Shown: piece by piece, positions 28,968-39,378 of the stretch | How the letters are laid out: each line of letters begins with the position of its first letter | Position numbering within the stretch: the stretch's first letter is position 1 | Virus record (IMG/VR): IMGVR_UViG_3300034072_000758 | Span: 434,001-498,000 of that record | Direction: 5' to 3' (one strand) | DNA length: 64,000 nt | Notes under the pieces: model-generated | Databases searched by the model: none | What the model was told of the DNA's origin: nothing | Seen by the model: the letters and a program-made list of their open reading frames with translations, nothing else | Program-made: the position numbers and the translations under genes

Positions 28968-29345
28968 GTGCCAAAGGTTTATCAAAATTTGTCTGGCACG
29001 ACAAAAGACTCTTTTAAGATCGGCAAGAACGGTCCTGAAATCATTCGTGGATACGGAGAGCCAGAGGTCGAAGCTACAAATGGTAGTCTATACGTCGATC
29101 AAACCGATGGTGAACTTTATCAATATAAAAAAGACGAATGGGTTCTCCTGTCCAAGGACTACGCGAGCTTCCATTATCTGTCCCTGTTGGCCCAGCACGA
29201 GACGATCCAGCACATAGCCACTCTCATGTGTCAGGCAAAAGAAAAGAGCCAATTCCCGTGGAAAGTGACTCTTACTTTATTCGGACTATTTGCCGCGTTT
29301 GCGATCCCCGGCGTGATCCTTATCTGGTTATTCTTTCCCGACTAA
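28968..29345 (+). CDS. membrane-anchored paralog of the 48531..48965 N-terminal domain
   Basis: GGAG RBS then GTG; VYQNLSGTT.D.F.IGK.GP..; C-terminal TM helix. Confidence 0.6.
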   Translation: MPKVYQNLSGTTKDSFKIGKNGPEIIRGYGEPEVEATNGSLYVDQTDGELYQYKKDEWVLLSKDYASFHYLSLLAQHETIQHIATLMCQAKEKSQFPWKVTLTLFGLFAAFAIPGVILIWLFFPD

Positions 29346-30605
29346 CCATTCACCCGGAAGATCATAATTGTCGATGATCTTCTTGTTCATGTCGCCATAC
29401 AGGCTGATCGACGGCTTGCGATTGATCAGATCATTGTGGAACGCCTGAACCTGTTCGCGGGACGTGCGTTCAGCTTCTTCGAGGATTCCGCCCACGTTAT
29501 CGTAGCTTCGGCCTTCATCGAACATGTCGGCCAGAACGAATTGCATCAGTTCGCCGTATTCTTCATCGACCTTGGAAATTTCCACAAGGGCCTTATTCTT
29601 CGCCAGCGTCCAGTCGGCATCGGTGATACCGTTTTCGGCGATGGTGCGCAGCGTTTTACCGATGGCGATAAAGCATTTCTTGAGGTTCTTTTTCGTCGTT
29701 TCGAACGCGATGACAAAGAGTTCCGTATCGTTGGAATAGTGGGCGCTGACATGGTAGCACAGACCCAACTTCTCGCGTACTTCAACGAACAGAGGCGACG
29801 ACATGCCACCAGACAGAACATCGGTGAGAAGATAGGACAGAACGCGCTCGTCACGCTTTACCGGAAAGGCGATGCGACCCTTAACCGAACCCTTCGGGGG
29901 AGACGGAATAACGACTGTGCCACCCACGTATTCCGCCTTTTCAGTCGGAACCTTTTGGCCTTGAGGCAGCTTCATGACGTGGCTGGCTTTCACCTTTTTC
30001 ACGAACTCGTCATGATCGACATTACCACCACAGAACACGATCATGTTCTGGGTGAAATAGTTGGCCTTGTGATAGACCGCCAGATCGTCTTCGACGTTGA
30101 TATTTGTGATGGTTTCTTCCGTGCCGAGCGTTTCGCGGCCCAGAGCGCTGCCGGGATATGCCGCCGCTTTCAGGCCGTTGTAGACCATCTTGCCGCCATT
30201 GGTTTGGGTCATGGCGAACTCTTGGAGGATGACATCGCGTTCCTTCTCGATTTTGTTGAAAGCGATGTTGGTCACCATGTCGGTGAGAAGGTCGAGCGAA
30301 TTATCCACAAACTTACCGAGACCTTCCACGAAATAAACCGTGTGGCGGGCCGAGGTGTACGCATTGAAGGACGAGCCGAGCGATTCGATTTCGGATGAAA
30401 TAGCGAACGAATCTTCCCGGTTGGAAGTACCGTTAAACATCATGTGTTCGAGGAAGTGAGCGGTGCCTTGCTTTACGTCATTTTCATCACTGGAACCAGC
30501 GTTGACGGCGACCGCAACAAGCGAAGAGTGAGTTTGCCTTTGAGCGGTGATGACCGTTAGGCCATTGTCGAGGACGGTGGTTCTGATGTTTGTGTAAAAT
30601 GACAT
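29328..30605 (-). CDS. M16 family (pitrilysin-like) zinc peptidase
   Basis: LDNGL.V, V.AGS.DE...G.AHFLEHMMFNGT (HXXEH), FNAYTS, GGMSSPLF.EVREKLGLCY. Confidence 0.93.
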   Translation of the reverse strand: MSFYTNIRTTVLDNGLTVITAQRQTHSSLVAVAVNAGSSDENDVKQGTAHFLEHMMFNGTSNREDSFAISSEIESLGSSFNAYTSARHTVYFVEGLGKFVDNSLDLLTDMVTNIAFNKIEKERDVILQEFAMTQTNGGKMVYNGLKAAAYPGSALGRETLGTEETITNINVEDDLAVYHKANYFTQNMIVFCGGNVDHDEFVKKVKASHVMKLPQGQKVPTEKAEYVGGTVVIPSPPKGSVKGRIAFPVKRDERVLSYLLTDVLSGGMSSPLFVEVREKLGLCYHVSAHYSNDTELFVIAFETTKKNLKKCFIAIGKTLRTIAENGITDADWTLAKNKALVEISKVDEEYGELMQFVLADMFDEGRSYDNVGGILEEAERTSREQVQAFHNDLINRKPSISLYGDMNKKIIDNYDLPGEWLVGKE

Positions 30606-30738
30606 ATTCGCTCCATGTAACTAAATCAACGCATATACTATCATAAAAATCTTTCAAGTCAACATTTTATATTTGCTTATCCACATCCAATGATGATAGA
30701 AAAATATGGTTAATTTTGTGTAAAGGATTATCCGCGTA

Positions 30739-31269
30739 ATGGGTACTCGTCATTTGGTGGTTGTTCGCTTGAACAATGAAGTAAAAGTCGCTCAGTATGG
30801 TCAATTCGACGGTTATATGAGCGGGGCTGGTAGAACAATACAACGTATTTTGTCGTTTGCTGATTTGAATTTGCTAAAAGAGTTAGTAGCAAAATGTTGG
30901 TGGATCACAGATGATGAACACAACAAGATGATGGCTGATCTTGGTGTCAAAAGTAATGACGGTTGGATTAGCTTGGATGACAGTAAAAAAATTGAAAAAG
31001 CTTATCCGCATCTTCATCGCAATTGTAGCGCCGAAGTCATCACTGAAATTCTCAACAGCGAAAACGGATTACCGCTTCAAAATTCATACGATTTTGGAGA
31101 AGATGGACTTTTTTGCGAATACACCTATACGGTCGATCTCGACAATGATACATTGACCGCACAAAGCGGGGGTTTGGACGGCAAAGTCCTTTTCCAAGGA
31201 CCAATCAACACGCTCCACACAATCCCACCATTTGAAGACCCCAAAGACGAAGAAGAAGACGAAGAATGA
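30739..31269 (+). CDS. conserved phage hypothetical protein (MGTR family)
   Basis: MGTRH...[12 protein letters not shown] and LFCEY.Y.VDLD motifs. Confidence 0.7.
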   Translation: MGTRHLVVVRLNNEVKVAQYGQFDGYMSGAGRTIQRILSFADLNLLKELVAKCWWITDDEHNKMMADLGVKSNDGWISLDDSKKIEKAYPHLHRNCSAEVITEILNSENGLPLQNSYDFGEDGLFCEYTYTVDLDNDTLTAQSGGLDGKVLFQGPINTLHTIPPFEDPKDEEEDEE

Positions 31270-33047
31270 CCAAGACAAACATGCGAACGCAAACCTGTGG
31301 TGAATTGACCGTGGCCTATACTGGCGACACGGTGAGCCTGTGTGGCTGGATTCACCGCAAGCGAGATCATGGCGGCTTGCTGTTCATCGACTTACGTGAC
31401 AATTACGGACTGACCCAGATCGTAATGCAAAAGACCGCTGCCTGTTTCTCGGTGGTGGAGCACCTTCGCCAAGAAAGCGTAATTCGCGTAATCGGTAAGG
31501 TCGTAACGAGAACGGAAAATACACAAAACCCGAACCTCGCAACCGGGCAGATCGAAGTCATCGCTTCGGAAATTACAGTTCTGTCGGAAGCCTCGGAACT
31601 TCCAGTGCCAGTGTTCGGTGATGTTCAGTATCCAGAAGACCAACGTTTGAAGCATCGCTATCTCGATCTTCGCCGTGACGAACTCCACTCAAACATCCTG
31701 CTGCGCTCCAAGATCATTAGCTACCTGCGTAGGTTCATGGAGGGCGAAGGCTTTACTGAGTTTCAGACGCCTATTCTGACCGCATCTTCCCCAGAAGGCG
31801 CGCGCGACTTCCTCATTCCATCACGCCTTCATCCCGGCAAATTTTATGCCCTGCCTCAAGCACCACAACAATTCAAGCAACTTTTGATGGTGTCTGGCTT
31901 TGACCGCTATTTCCAGATCGCACCTTGCTTCCGCGACGAAGCCGCCCGTGCTGACCGGTCGCCGGGTGAGTTCTATCAACTCGATATTGAAATGTCTTTC
32001 GTCAATCAGGAAGACGTTTTCTCTCAGGCTGAACGTATCCTTCATTCGACCTTTACTGAGTTCTCGAACGGGAAGACCGTAAGTTCGTACCCATTCCAGC
32101 GAATCACCTACAAGGACTCGATGGAAAAATACGGCAACGATAAGCCCGATCTTCGTAACCCAATCGTCATGAGCGATGCTTCGCTTTATTTCGTGAACGG
32201 CGGCTTCGGTCTGTTTGAGAAAATGGCCAGCGACGGCAAAAGCTCGATCTGGGCTATTCCGGTCAAGGGCAATGGAAACATCAATCGCAAATTCTGCGAC
32301 AAGATGAACTCTTGGGCCATCGAAGAAGGCCAAAAAGGTATGGGATATATCTATTGGAACGAAGAAGGCGCACAAGGCCCAATCGCCAAGAATCTCCATG
32401 CCGATAAGCTGGGACAATTGGAAGCCGCCTATGAATTGGGTAACGGTGATGCCATATTCTTCGTGGCCGGGATCAAAAAGGATTTCCTCAAGTTCTGCGG
32501 ATTCGCCCGCACCAAGATCGCCGAAGAACTCGGTCTGATCAAGGATGATCATTTCCATTTCTGCTGGGTGGTGGATTTCCCAATGTTCGAACTATCGAAC
32601 GAAGGCAAAATCGATTTCGCCCACAATCCGTTCTCTATGCCACAAGGCGAAATGGAAGCTCTGGAAACCAAGAACCCGCTGGATATTCTGGCCTATCAGT
32701 ACGACATCGTGTGTAACGGCATCGAACTGTCCTCCGGGGCTATTCGTAACCACCGACCCGACATCATGCTCAAGGCTTTTGAAATCGCTGGTTACAAGGC
32801 CGAGGAAGTGGAAGAACGCTTCGGCGGTATGTTGAACGCATTCCGCTATGGCGCGCCTCCCCACGGTGGTCTGGCTCCCGGTGTTGACCGCATGGTCATG
32901 ATGCTGGCTAATAAATCCTCCATCCGAGACATCATCGCTTTCCCGCTGAATCAGCAAGGACAAGATTTGATGATGAACGCACCATCGGAAGTCACGGATA
33001 AACAACTCAAAGAGTTGAACATCCGAACATACAAGCCATTGAGCTAA
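31266..33047 (+). CDS. aspS: aspartyl-tRNA synthetase, probably non-discriminating
   Basis: [55 protein letters not shown]; His in RDHGG is the ND-type residue. Confidence 0.97.
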   Translation: MTKTNMRTQTCGELTVAYTGDTVSLCGWIHRKRDHGGLLFIDLRDNYGLTQIVMQKTAACFSVVEHLRQESVIRVIGKVVTRTENTQNPNLATGQIEVIASEITVLSEASELPVPVFGDVQYPEDQRLKHRYLDLRRDELHSNILLRSKIISYLRRFMEGEGFTEFQTPILTASSPEGARDFLIPSRLHPGKFYALPQAPQQFKQLLMVSGFDRYFQIAPCFRDEAARADRSPGEFYQLDIEMSFVNQEDVFSQAERILHSTFTEFSNGKTVSSYPFQRITYKDSMEKYGNDKPDLRNPIVMSDASLYFVNGGFGLFEKMASDGKSSIWAIPVKGNGNINRKFCDKMNSWAIEEGQKGMGYIYWNEEGAQGPIAKNLHADKLGQLEAAYELGNGDAIFFVAGIKKDFLKFCGFARTKIAEELGLIKDDHFHFCWVVDFPMFELSNEGKIDFAHNPFSMPQGEMEALETKNPLDILAYQYDIVCNGIELSSGAIRNHRPDIMLKAFEIAGYKAEEVEERFGGMLNAFRYGAPPHGGLAPGVDRMVMMLANKSSIRDIIAFPLNQQGQDLMMNAPSEVTDKQLKELNIRTYKPLS

Positions 33048-33148
33048 TCTTGGAGGGTCGCTTGAAAAAGCGGCCCTTTCTATTGACATACTAAGAAGAT
33101 ATGATATGTTGTTAGTAAGACAACATTATATTATTAGGAGATTTACAT

Positions 33149-33478
33149 ATGACTGACCGCGAAGCGAATGCCCTGAAAATCATTCAACACAAGATTGATC
33201 AATTCGTTCTAATTCTTGAAGCTGCTAATCGCCAAATGATCGCGGCTATGTCGGAAAAAACTGGTCACATGCCGGAAATCTTAGTCTACGAAATCAAGAA
33301 AGCCAATGACTACATTCTCTACGGCGAGGAAGTCGTTAAGTGGTTCAATGACGGCAAGACCAAGGAAGAGGTCTTGGCGATGATCAACCAATTCTTCATC
33401 GACTACCATATGGGCTGGTCGAACAAGCCGAAGGAATGCTGTGAAGTGATGGCGGCTATCGCTTGCGCCATCAAGTAA
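33149..33478 (+). CDS. hypothetical protein
   Basis: AGGAG RBS after the promoter at 33083. Confidence 0.65.
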   Translation: MTDREANALKIIQHKIDQFVLILEAANRQMIAAMSEKTGHMPEILVYEIKKANDYILYGEEVVKWFNDGKTKEEVLAMINQFFIDYHMGWSNKPKECCEVMAAIACAIK

Positions 33479-34705
33479 TTACAGCCACACTTTCCCATAT
33501 GCTGATTGAAGAATAGACGGGATGAACACTTTACCACCTTCGTCCTGATAGTTTTCCAGAACAGCCAACAAAGTTCTACCAACCGCCAGTCCAGACCCAT
33601 TTAAGGTGTGGACTGGTTCTTTTTTGCCTTGAGCATTGGTGAAGCGAGTCTTCATGCGATTGGCTTGGAAATCGCCACAATTGGATACCGAGCTAATCTC
33701 ACGATAAGTTTTCTGTGATGGCACCCAAACTTCGATGTCGTAAGTCTTTTGTGCTCCGAAGCCCATGTCACCCGCGCATAATAACATGATGCGATATTTT
33801 ATACCCAATGAAGTGAGGATGTTTTCAGCACAAGATAACATGAACTCGTGCTCTTGTGCCGACTTCTCAGGCGTAGTGATCGACACCATTTCAACTTTGT
33901 TAAATTGATGCTGGCGTAAGATGCCATGCGTGTCCTTACCAGCGCTTCCGGCTTCGGATCGGAAACATGGGGTCAGCGCAGTTAGACGAAGGGGTAATTC
34001 ACCCTCAGCCAAAATCTTATCAGCGACATAATTTGTCAAAGTCACTTCGGCGGTCGGGATCAGAAAATGTTCATCAGTGTTCACCGAGTACAGGTCATCG
34101 ATGAATTTAGGAAGCTGACCAGTTCCATACAAGGCCGTGTCTTTCACCAGCAACGGAGTGGAGCATTCCTCGAATCCATTTTTAACCTGACATTCAAGCA
34201 TATACTGCCCGATAACTCGTTCGAGACGTGCCACGGGGCCGCGCATGAATGAGAAGCGTGTGCCAGACATCGCTACCCCCGCTGATATATCGAGGCCGTA
34301 TTTGCTCCCGATCTCAACATGGTCTTTCGGGTCTTTTATGGAACGGAGCGGAATATCATTGACACGAACCAATTGATTGTCGTGCTCGTCTTTTCCAACC
34401 GGAACGTCATTGGCTGGGACATTTGGGATGTCGAACAAATAGTCTTCAAGTTCCCCGGCCAGATAATCGACCAAGCCTTCGGCAGTAGTTATTTCGGCCT
34501 TCACCGCCACCCCGGTTTCATGGTCTTTATTCCGCGCGGCATCCTTGCGCTTGGCGTACAAAGCCTCAAGATCAGTCAACGATTTACGATGATCTGTATC
34601 CTTTTTGAGAATGTCCGAAACTATCCGAGACCCGTCAAGCCCTCTCTTATTCAACCCGCTGGCAACGGCTTCTGGATTCTCGCGGATGGTCTTTATATTG
34701 ATCAT
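33479..34705 (-). CDS. serS: seryl-tRNA synthetase
   Basis: N-terminal coiled arm, LIPTAEV.LTN, FRSEAGSAGKDT.GILRQHQFNKVE, YREISS.SNC.DFQA.R, TLNGSGLAVGRT. Confidence 0.97.
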   Translation of the reverse strand: MINIKTIRENPEAVASGLNKRGLDGSRIVSDILKKDTDHRKSLTDLEALYAKRKDAARNKDHETGVAVKAEITTAEGLVDYLAGELEDYLFDIPNVPANDVPVGKDEHDNQLVRVNDIPLRSIKDPKDHVEIGSKYGLDISAGVAMSGTRFSFMRGPVARLERVIGQYMLECQVKNGFEECSTPLLVKDTALYGTGQLPKFIDDLYSVNTDEHFLIPTAEVTLTNYVADKILAEGELPLRLTALTPCFRSEAGSAGKDTHGILRQHQFNKVEMVSITTPEKSAQEHEFMLSCAENILTSLGIKYRIMLLCAGDMGFGAQKTYDIEVWVPSQKTYREISSVSNCGDFQANRMKTRFTNAQGKKEPVHTLNGSGLAVGRTLLAVLENYQDEGGKVFIPSILQSAYGKVWL

Positions 34706-34768
34706 GATATTCTTCTACGGCTATTTAATTCACCATAAAAGAGTGATGATTCTCAGTCAATATAAAAC

Positions 34769-34942
34769 TTATGCTGCGCCTCGAAGAACGACCCCAGCTT
34801 CGTCCAACAAATGTTCCAGCATGTCGTAAAAACCATCCAATTGCTCACGGGTAGGAACGAATTTGGGTTCACGACCATGAACAGCACGATAGCATTCAAT
34901 GTAGGCGGCAACTTCTTCGTCGGCAATATTTTGTTGAGACAT
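34769..34942 (-). CDS. 57-aa hypothetical protein (not in ORF track)
   Basis: AAAGGA RBS; MSQQNIADEE...VLRGAA. Confidence 0.55.
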   Translation of the reverse strand: MSQQNIADEEVAAYIECYRAVHGREPKFVPTREQLDGFYDMLEHLLDEAGVVLRGAA

Positions 34943-35002
34943 ATCTTGTTCCTTTACTGCTATAAATTCAGCATAACATACATAGGAACAGTGTCAATTA
35001 TT

Positions 35003-35959
35003 TTAAACCCACTGGACGCCAGTATTTCCGTCTAAATCAATTCCGATTTTCTTGAAGAACTCTGTTATTTCGTTACGATCCAAAGTCTTATCCATAAAGT
35101 TCGACTTGAGTTGAAGATAATCCCAAGACTGAATATGATACGTAAGATCGTAAAGCTTCTCGACCGAGGCTTTCAATTGATCATTATTCATGGATTGAAC
35201 GAATGCCATATTGTTTCCTTTGTCATCCTTACCAACACCAATAGCCACCCAACCATTGTTTTCAGCTTTCACCCGCATGTTTACCAAAGTCATATCCGAC
35301 GATGGCTGAATGCCGAATGCTTCTGGATTATCTTTTAACGAAGCCGCGAATTGCTTCACTTGCTTAGTCTCGCCCGATTTAGTATTGAACCACGCTTTAA
35401 AAGCGACAGGCTTTTCTTTTTTCACAAGCTGGTGGAGAATATTTTGAAGCTGGGAAATGAAATGTTGACCGGGATCATTAACGAACGGAGTATCATTCAT
35501 ACGGATTGGTTTACTCAGGGTGTGACCATTAGCATAAGCCAAGAACATGATTTTGGCTTTACCTGAGAATATAACTGCTTCGACCGGTGGATAATAAATC
35601 TTGGCAGCTTTGATTATCTCTGGAAGCATTTTGAAATTTGTCATAACGACAATTTTCTTAATGACGCCCTTGCCGTAAATCCAAATAGTCAATTCGTGAT
35701 TATCGTGACCAGACAGTTCCCAAATACGCTTCTTGAAGAAATTGATGTCGGTATAATTATTCTTGAGAATTGCGGAATTTTTTGAATCAGTCTTCCATAC
35801 TTCTCTACCGCGCAAGAACTTGAAAGCATTAACAACTTCTAACGCATCTTCCTTTGGAAGATTGCGAATGATGTTGGCCAATTCTTTATTCGTTTCTACC
35901 TGTTCAGGGTCAATACCATGTTTGGATAGAACTTCATATGCTTCTGCTTGTGGGTCCAT
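35003..35959 (-). CDS. hypothetical late protein
   Basis: 318 aa; TAAATA 4 nt before ATG. Confidence 0.7.
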   Translation of the reverse strand: MDPQAEAYEVLSKHGIDPEQVETNKELANIIRNLPKEDALEVVNAFKFLRGREVWKTDSKNSAILKNNYTDINFFKKRIWELSGHDNHELTIWIYGKGVIKKIVVMTNFKMLPEIIKAAKIYYPPVEAVIFSGKAKIMFLAYANGHTLSKPIRMNDTPFVNDPGQHFISQLQNILHQLVKKEKPVAFKAWFNTKSGETKQVKQFAASLKDNPEAFGIQPSSDMTLVNMRVKAENNGWVAIGVGKDDKGNNMAFVQSMNNDQLKASVEKLYDLTYHIQSWDYLQLKSNFMDKTLDRNEITEFFKKIGIDLDGNTGVQWV

Positions 35960-36034
35960 ACTTTATTTATTTTAAAATTGCGAACGCCGCCACGTATATG
36001 CTACGGTTGATTTTATTAGAAAGTAGATGGTGTA

Positions 36035-36610
36035 ATGGAACAAATCGCTAAAACCATTAAGTATGTGACTTTTCTCGCTCTGGTTACATATGTGTCCACA
36101 TTATCCAAAGCGGATATTTTGTTTTATTCCCTATTTGTGGCGTTTGTGTTTCTTATCAATGTCCCAGCAATGGCGGTCGGCTTAACCCAGCCGGATGGCG
36201 TAACAGTTAGATATGAAAAAACCTTTTGCATCACTAACCTGTTACTTCTTTCCATAGGTGGGATGATCTTATCTCATTATAAAGGCTTCGATCTTTTCTG
36301 GCCAATAATGGGTTCGTCCTTCTTAATAATTCTTGCTGCCGTGGCGGCAGGGAGCTTCATCCCAATCACAGATGATTTCTATAAAGACATTCTCAGGGGA
36401 GAAATTATCGCAATTGGGTTGGGTTCATTGATAACAATCAGCGCTGGCGCAGCAAACGTAATGGGTTATACCAGCAAGTTTTTGGTAGTGGTCGGGTTGG
36501 CATTTTTATGTGTGGCTGCTATTTTATCCAGCGCAACCGTTCGCTTAAGATATAGTATCCCAACAGCATTATGTGCGTTAACTTGGAGTGCGATGTTCGT
36601 TCTTCGGTAA
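36035..36610 (+). CDS. multi-pass membrane protein
   Basis: About 7 hydrophobic segments. Confidence 0.7.
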   Translation: MEQIAKTIKYVTFLALVTYVSTLSKADILFYSLFVAFVFLINVPAMAVGLTQPDGVTVRYEKTFCITNLLLLSIGGMILSHYKGFDLFWPIMGSSFLIILAAVAAGSFIPITDDFYKDILRGEIIAIGLGSLITISAGAANVMGYTSKFLVVVGLAFLCVAAILSSATVRLRYSIPTALCALTWSAMFVLR

Positions 36611-36621
36611 TAAATACTTGA

Positions 36622-37377
36622 ATGAGCATCAGACCAAGAGACCGCCTAAAAAGAGAAATCAACATCATGTTGGGTGGAACCCTCGTAGATGTTGAATTGG
36701 AAGACCTCGAACTGGATTTGGCTATCGACATTACATTGGATCGCTATCGCCAACGCAGCGGTAATTCAATGGAAGATGGTTATATTTTTATGACCATGAC
36801 CGATCAACAGGTCTATCAGCTTCCAGCCGAAGTTCAGGTTGTAAAGTCCGTTCTCAGAACCGGCTATGGTCAATTTGGTACAGAAGAACCATTCTCATTG
36901 GCCTTCGTAAACCAAATGTATTACATGAACAGCCCATCCGGTATGGGTGCTCCCGGTGGTACTGCGGGCTTCCTGTCAACATATGATATGTCGGCTCAAT
37001 ATTCTGAACTGTCTGCGCGTCTGTTTGGTCGTGACGTTGACTTCACTTGGAACGCTCAAACCAAGCGCATTCAAATGGCTCGCAGACCAATGATCGGTGA
37101 GCAAGTCGCACTGGAAGTCATGCTGATTAAACCAGAAGATGTGATCATTGACGATTTCGCCGCTAAGGGTTGGATCAGAAGCTACGCAATGTCTCAGGCT
37201 AAAATGATCTTGGGTCAAGGTCGCGGCAAGTTTGCTACCTTTGCTGGCCCACAAGGCGGAATTACTCTGAACGGCGCTGAACTTAAGCAAGAAGCGGTGG
37301 CCGAGATCGAAAAATTAGATGCTGAGCTTACCAACCTAATCGACGCCAATAGAGGCTTCCCATTCATAATTGGATAA
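36622..37377 (+). CDS. neck protein (T4 gp13-like head-tail adaptor)
   Basis: LG...VDVEL, Y.LP.EV..V, W.RSYA...AK..LG..RGKF....GPQGG.TLNG..LK.EA..E...L, ends F.IG; late promoter. Confidence 0.8.
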   Translation: MSIRPRDRLKREINIMLGGTLVDVELEDLELDLAIDITLDRYRQRSGNSMEDGYIFMTMTDQQVYQLPAEVQVVKSVLRTGYGQFGTEEPFSLAFVNQMYYMNSPSGMGAPGGTAGFLSTYDMSAQYSELSARLFGRDVDFTWNAQTKRIQMARRPMIGEQVALEVMLIKPEDVIIDDFAAKGWIRSYAMSQAKMILGQGRGKFATFAGPQGGITLNGAELKQEAVAEIEKLDAELTNLIDANRGFPFIIG

Positions 37378-37439
37378 CTTGACAGCAAGAAAATATATTG
37401 CTAGATTGAAACCCTCATTTTATTTTGGGGGTATAAATC

Positions 37440-37631
37440 ATGGAATATCGTTTTTCGTATACTGATCTGAGTGGGGGCAGCGTTATGGTGTCTACCCGCG
37501 ATTACAGCGAGGCAAAGAGACAGTACGACAACGTAACCACGAAGTATCTGTGTAAATTCCTCCTTCACTTCGGCGATAATGGCTGGCAAGTCATTGAACA
37601 AAGCCTCCCGGTTTATGGAAGGGCAGCATAA
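37440..37631 (+). CDS. hypothetical protein
   Basis: After the promoter at 37379; coupled to next ORF. Confidence 0.55.
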   Translation: MEYRFSYTDLSGGSVMVSTRDYSEAKRQYDNVTTKYLCKFLLHFGDNGWQVIEQSLPVYGRAA

Positions 37632-37933
37632 TGGACAAGACACAAGTTGCGCTGGGGATCGTGCGCGAGGCTCATTCGCTGTCTCCCGAAGAGTTCCAAA
37701 ATCGCTATCCGCCGAAGACTGATCGGATGTATGATCCGAACGACCCCTTCTACATGACTTCGACGGATTATTTGAACCAATATAATCCCAACCGTCTCCA
37801 TTGTGCGGATGGCGGCGCTTGTCACCACGCTTGCGCTTCGAACGAGGCCGGGGCCTGTTTCCGACGTGATACTTGCGGGCCGCTCAGTAATAGTGGCTGG
37901 GAAATGAAAGACGGAAAGTGGGTACAAGAATGA
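37631..37933 (+). CDS. small Cys/His-rich hypothetical protein
   Basis: C-x5-C-H-H-x-C...C-x4-C-x-P possible metal-binding cluster. Confidence 0.6.
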   Translation: MDKTQVALGIVREAHSLSPEEFQNRYPPKTDRMYDPNDPFYMTSTDYLNQYNPNRLHCADGGACHHACASNEAGACFRRDTCGPLSNSGWEMKDGKWVQE

Positions 37934-38934
37934 CCATCGTTCATAAACTTCAAGAGCACGGACTAATCAGTCCGCCGAAATGGTTGCCGGATAACCTCGC
38001 GTATCTGGTCATCATGGGATCGATGGCTTACGGCGTCAATACGGACACGTCCGATATGGATGTGTATGGCTTTGCTGTGCCTCCCAAGGAGATCGTATTT
38101 CCACACCTGACCGGCTATATCCCCGGCTTTGGTAACCACCCGGAAAAGTTCGATCAGTGGTCCGAGCATCACATCAGACAGAACCAGAAGGAATACGACT
38201 TCTCGGTCTATTCCATCGTGCGATATTTCGATCTGTGTAGGGAAAACAACCCCAACATGATTGATAGCCTTTTCGTGCCGGACAACTGCGTGATGTTCCA
38301 ATCCAAAGTCGGTGAGATCGTCCGCGAGAACAAACACGCCTTCCTTCACAAGGGGGCTTTCCACAAATACAAAGGCTATGCTTACGCGCAAATCGGGCGT
38401 TACAAGTCTCTGTCCCCGGAGAGCAAGCTTGGCTCCATCCGTATCAAGATGGGTGAAGAAGGTTTGGAGTTCGATGCCTTCAAAGAAAAGGTGGATAGTG
38501 GGGAGCTTGTTCTATCAGCTTCGATGAAGCGTGATTTCGACGGCCTGAACGAACGCCAAATCAACACCATCAAGGAAGGTGTGGATCGCAAGGCTATGTA
38601 TCACGTGGTTCGTTTGATGAACGAGCTTGAGCAAATCCTGACAACAGGGACGCTTGATCTCCAAATCAATCGGGAACAGCTTAAGTCTATTCGTCGTGGC
38701 GAGTGGACACCTGAGCAAATCTTTGAATACTTCGAGCGCAAGGAAGCCGAACTCGACGGCATCCAATTGACCTCGAACGTGCTTCCACATGGCCCTAACA
38801 TGAAACAGCTTCACAGCATTCTGGTAAGCTGTCTGGAAGAGGTTTATGGGTCTCTGGACAACATGATCTCCCAGAATAAAGATGATCGATTACTGGTCGA
38901 ATTGAAAGGTCTCGTGAAAAAGTTCGACGTATAG
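37930..38934 (+). CDS. Pol beta-superfamily nucleotidyltransferase (YcgL/RlaP-like)
   Basis: GSMAYG.NTDTSD.D motif, NPNMID.LF, K.MYH.VRL, L.SIRRGE. Confidence 0.85.
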   Translation: MTIVHKLQEHGLISPPKWLPDNLAYLVIMGSMAYGVNTDTSDMDVYGFAVPPKEIVFPHLTGYIPGFGNHPEKFDQWSEHHIRQNQKEYDFSVYSIVRYFDLCRENNPNMIDSLFVPDNCVMFQSKVGEIVRENKHAFLHKGAFHKYKGYAYAQIGRYKSLSPESKLGSIRIKMGEEGLEFDAFKEKVDSGELVLSASMKRDFDGLNERQINTIKEGVDRKAMYHVVRLMNELEQILTTGTLDLQINREQLKSIRRGEWTPEQIFEYFERKEAELDGIQLTSNVLPHGPNMKQLHSILVSCLEEVYGSLDNMISQNKDDRLLVELKGLVKKFDV

Positions 38935-39348
38935 CTTGACAAAGGTGAGTATTGGTGTATGTTGGTATCACAAAATATCGATACTCACCTTTTTCAAGGA
39001 GATTTAAATATGTTCATCACCAACGAAATGCGCAACTGGCTGAACAGCCAATCAATCCAAGACCTCCGCGATGCCCTGCGGGCCGACATAGGCGATCTGG
39101 CTCAGGTCATCCGCGACGAACTCAATCTGCGGACGGCCTAATGTTCGACTGGTATCTCGTGAAGCCCGGTCGATATGAAAACGCCGAAAAGACAAGGGCG
39201 CTGGTATTCTCCGATGACGGTGCCGTCTGGTGGAATGTCCCGGCTGTAAAGACTGGACCGGGATATAACCTTGGTGACATGTGTGGGCCTTACAGAGAGG
39301 CCGAACACGCTGGGACACTCGATCAAGCGCCGGTTCTCCCACCACTAT

Positions 39349-39378
39349 AAAAAAGCCCGCTTCAAGCGGGCTTTTTTT
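39349..39378. terminator. bidirectional intrinsic terminator
   Basis: AAAAAAGCCCGC-TTCAA-GCGGGCTTTTTTT. Confidence 0.85.
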
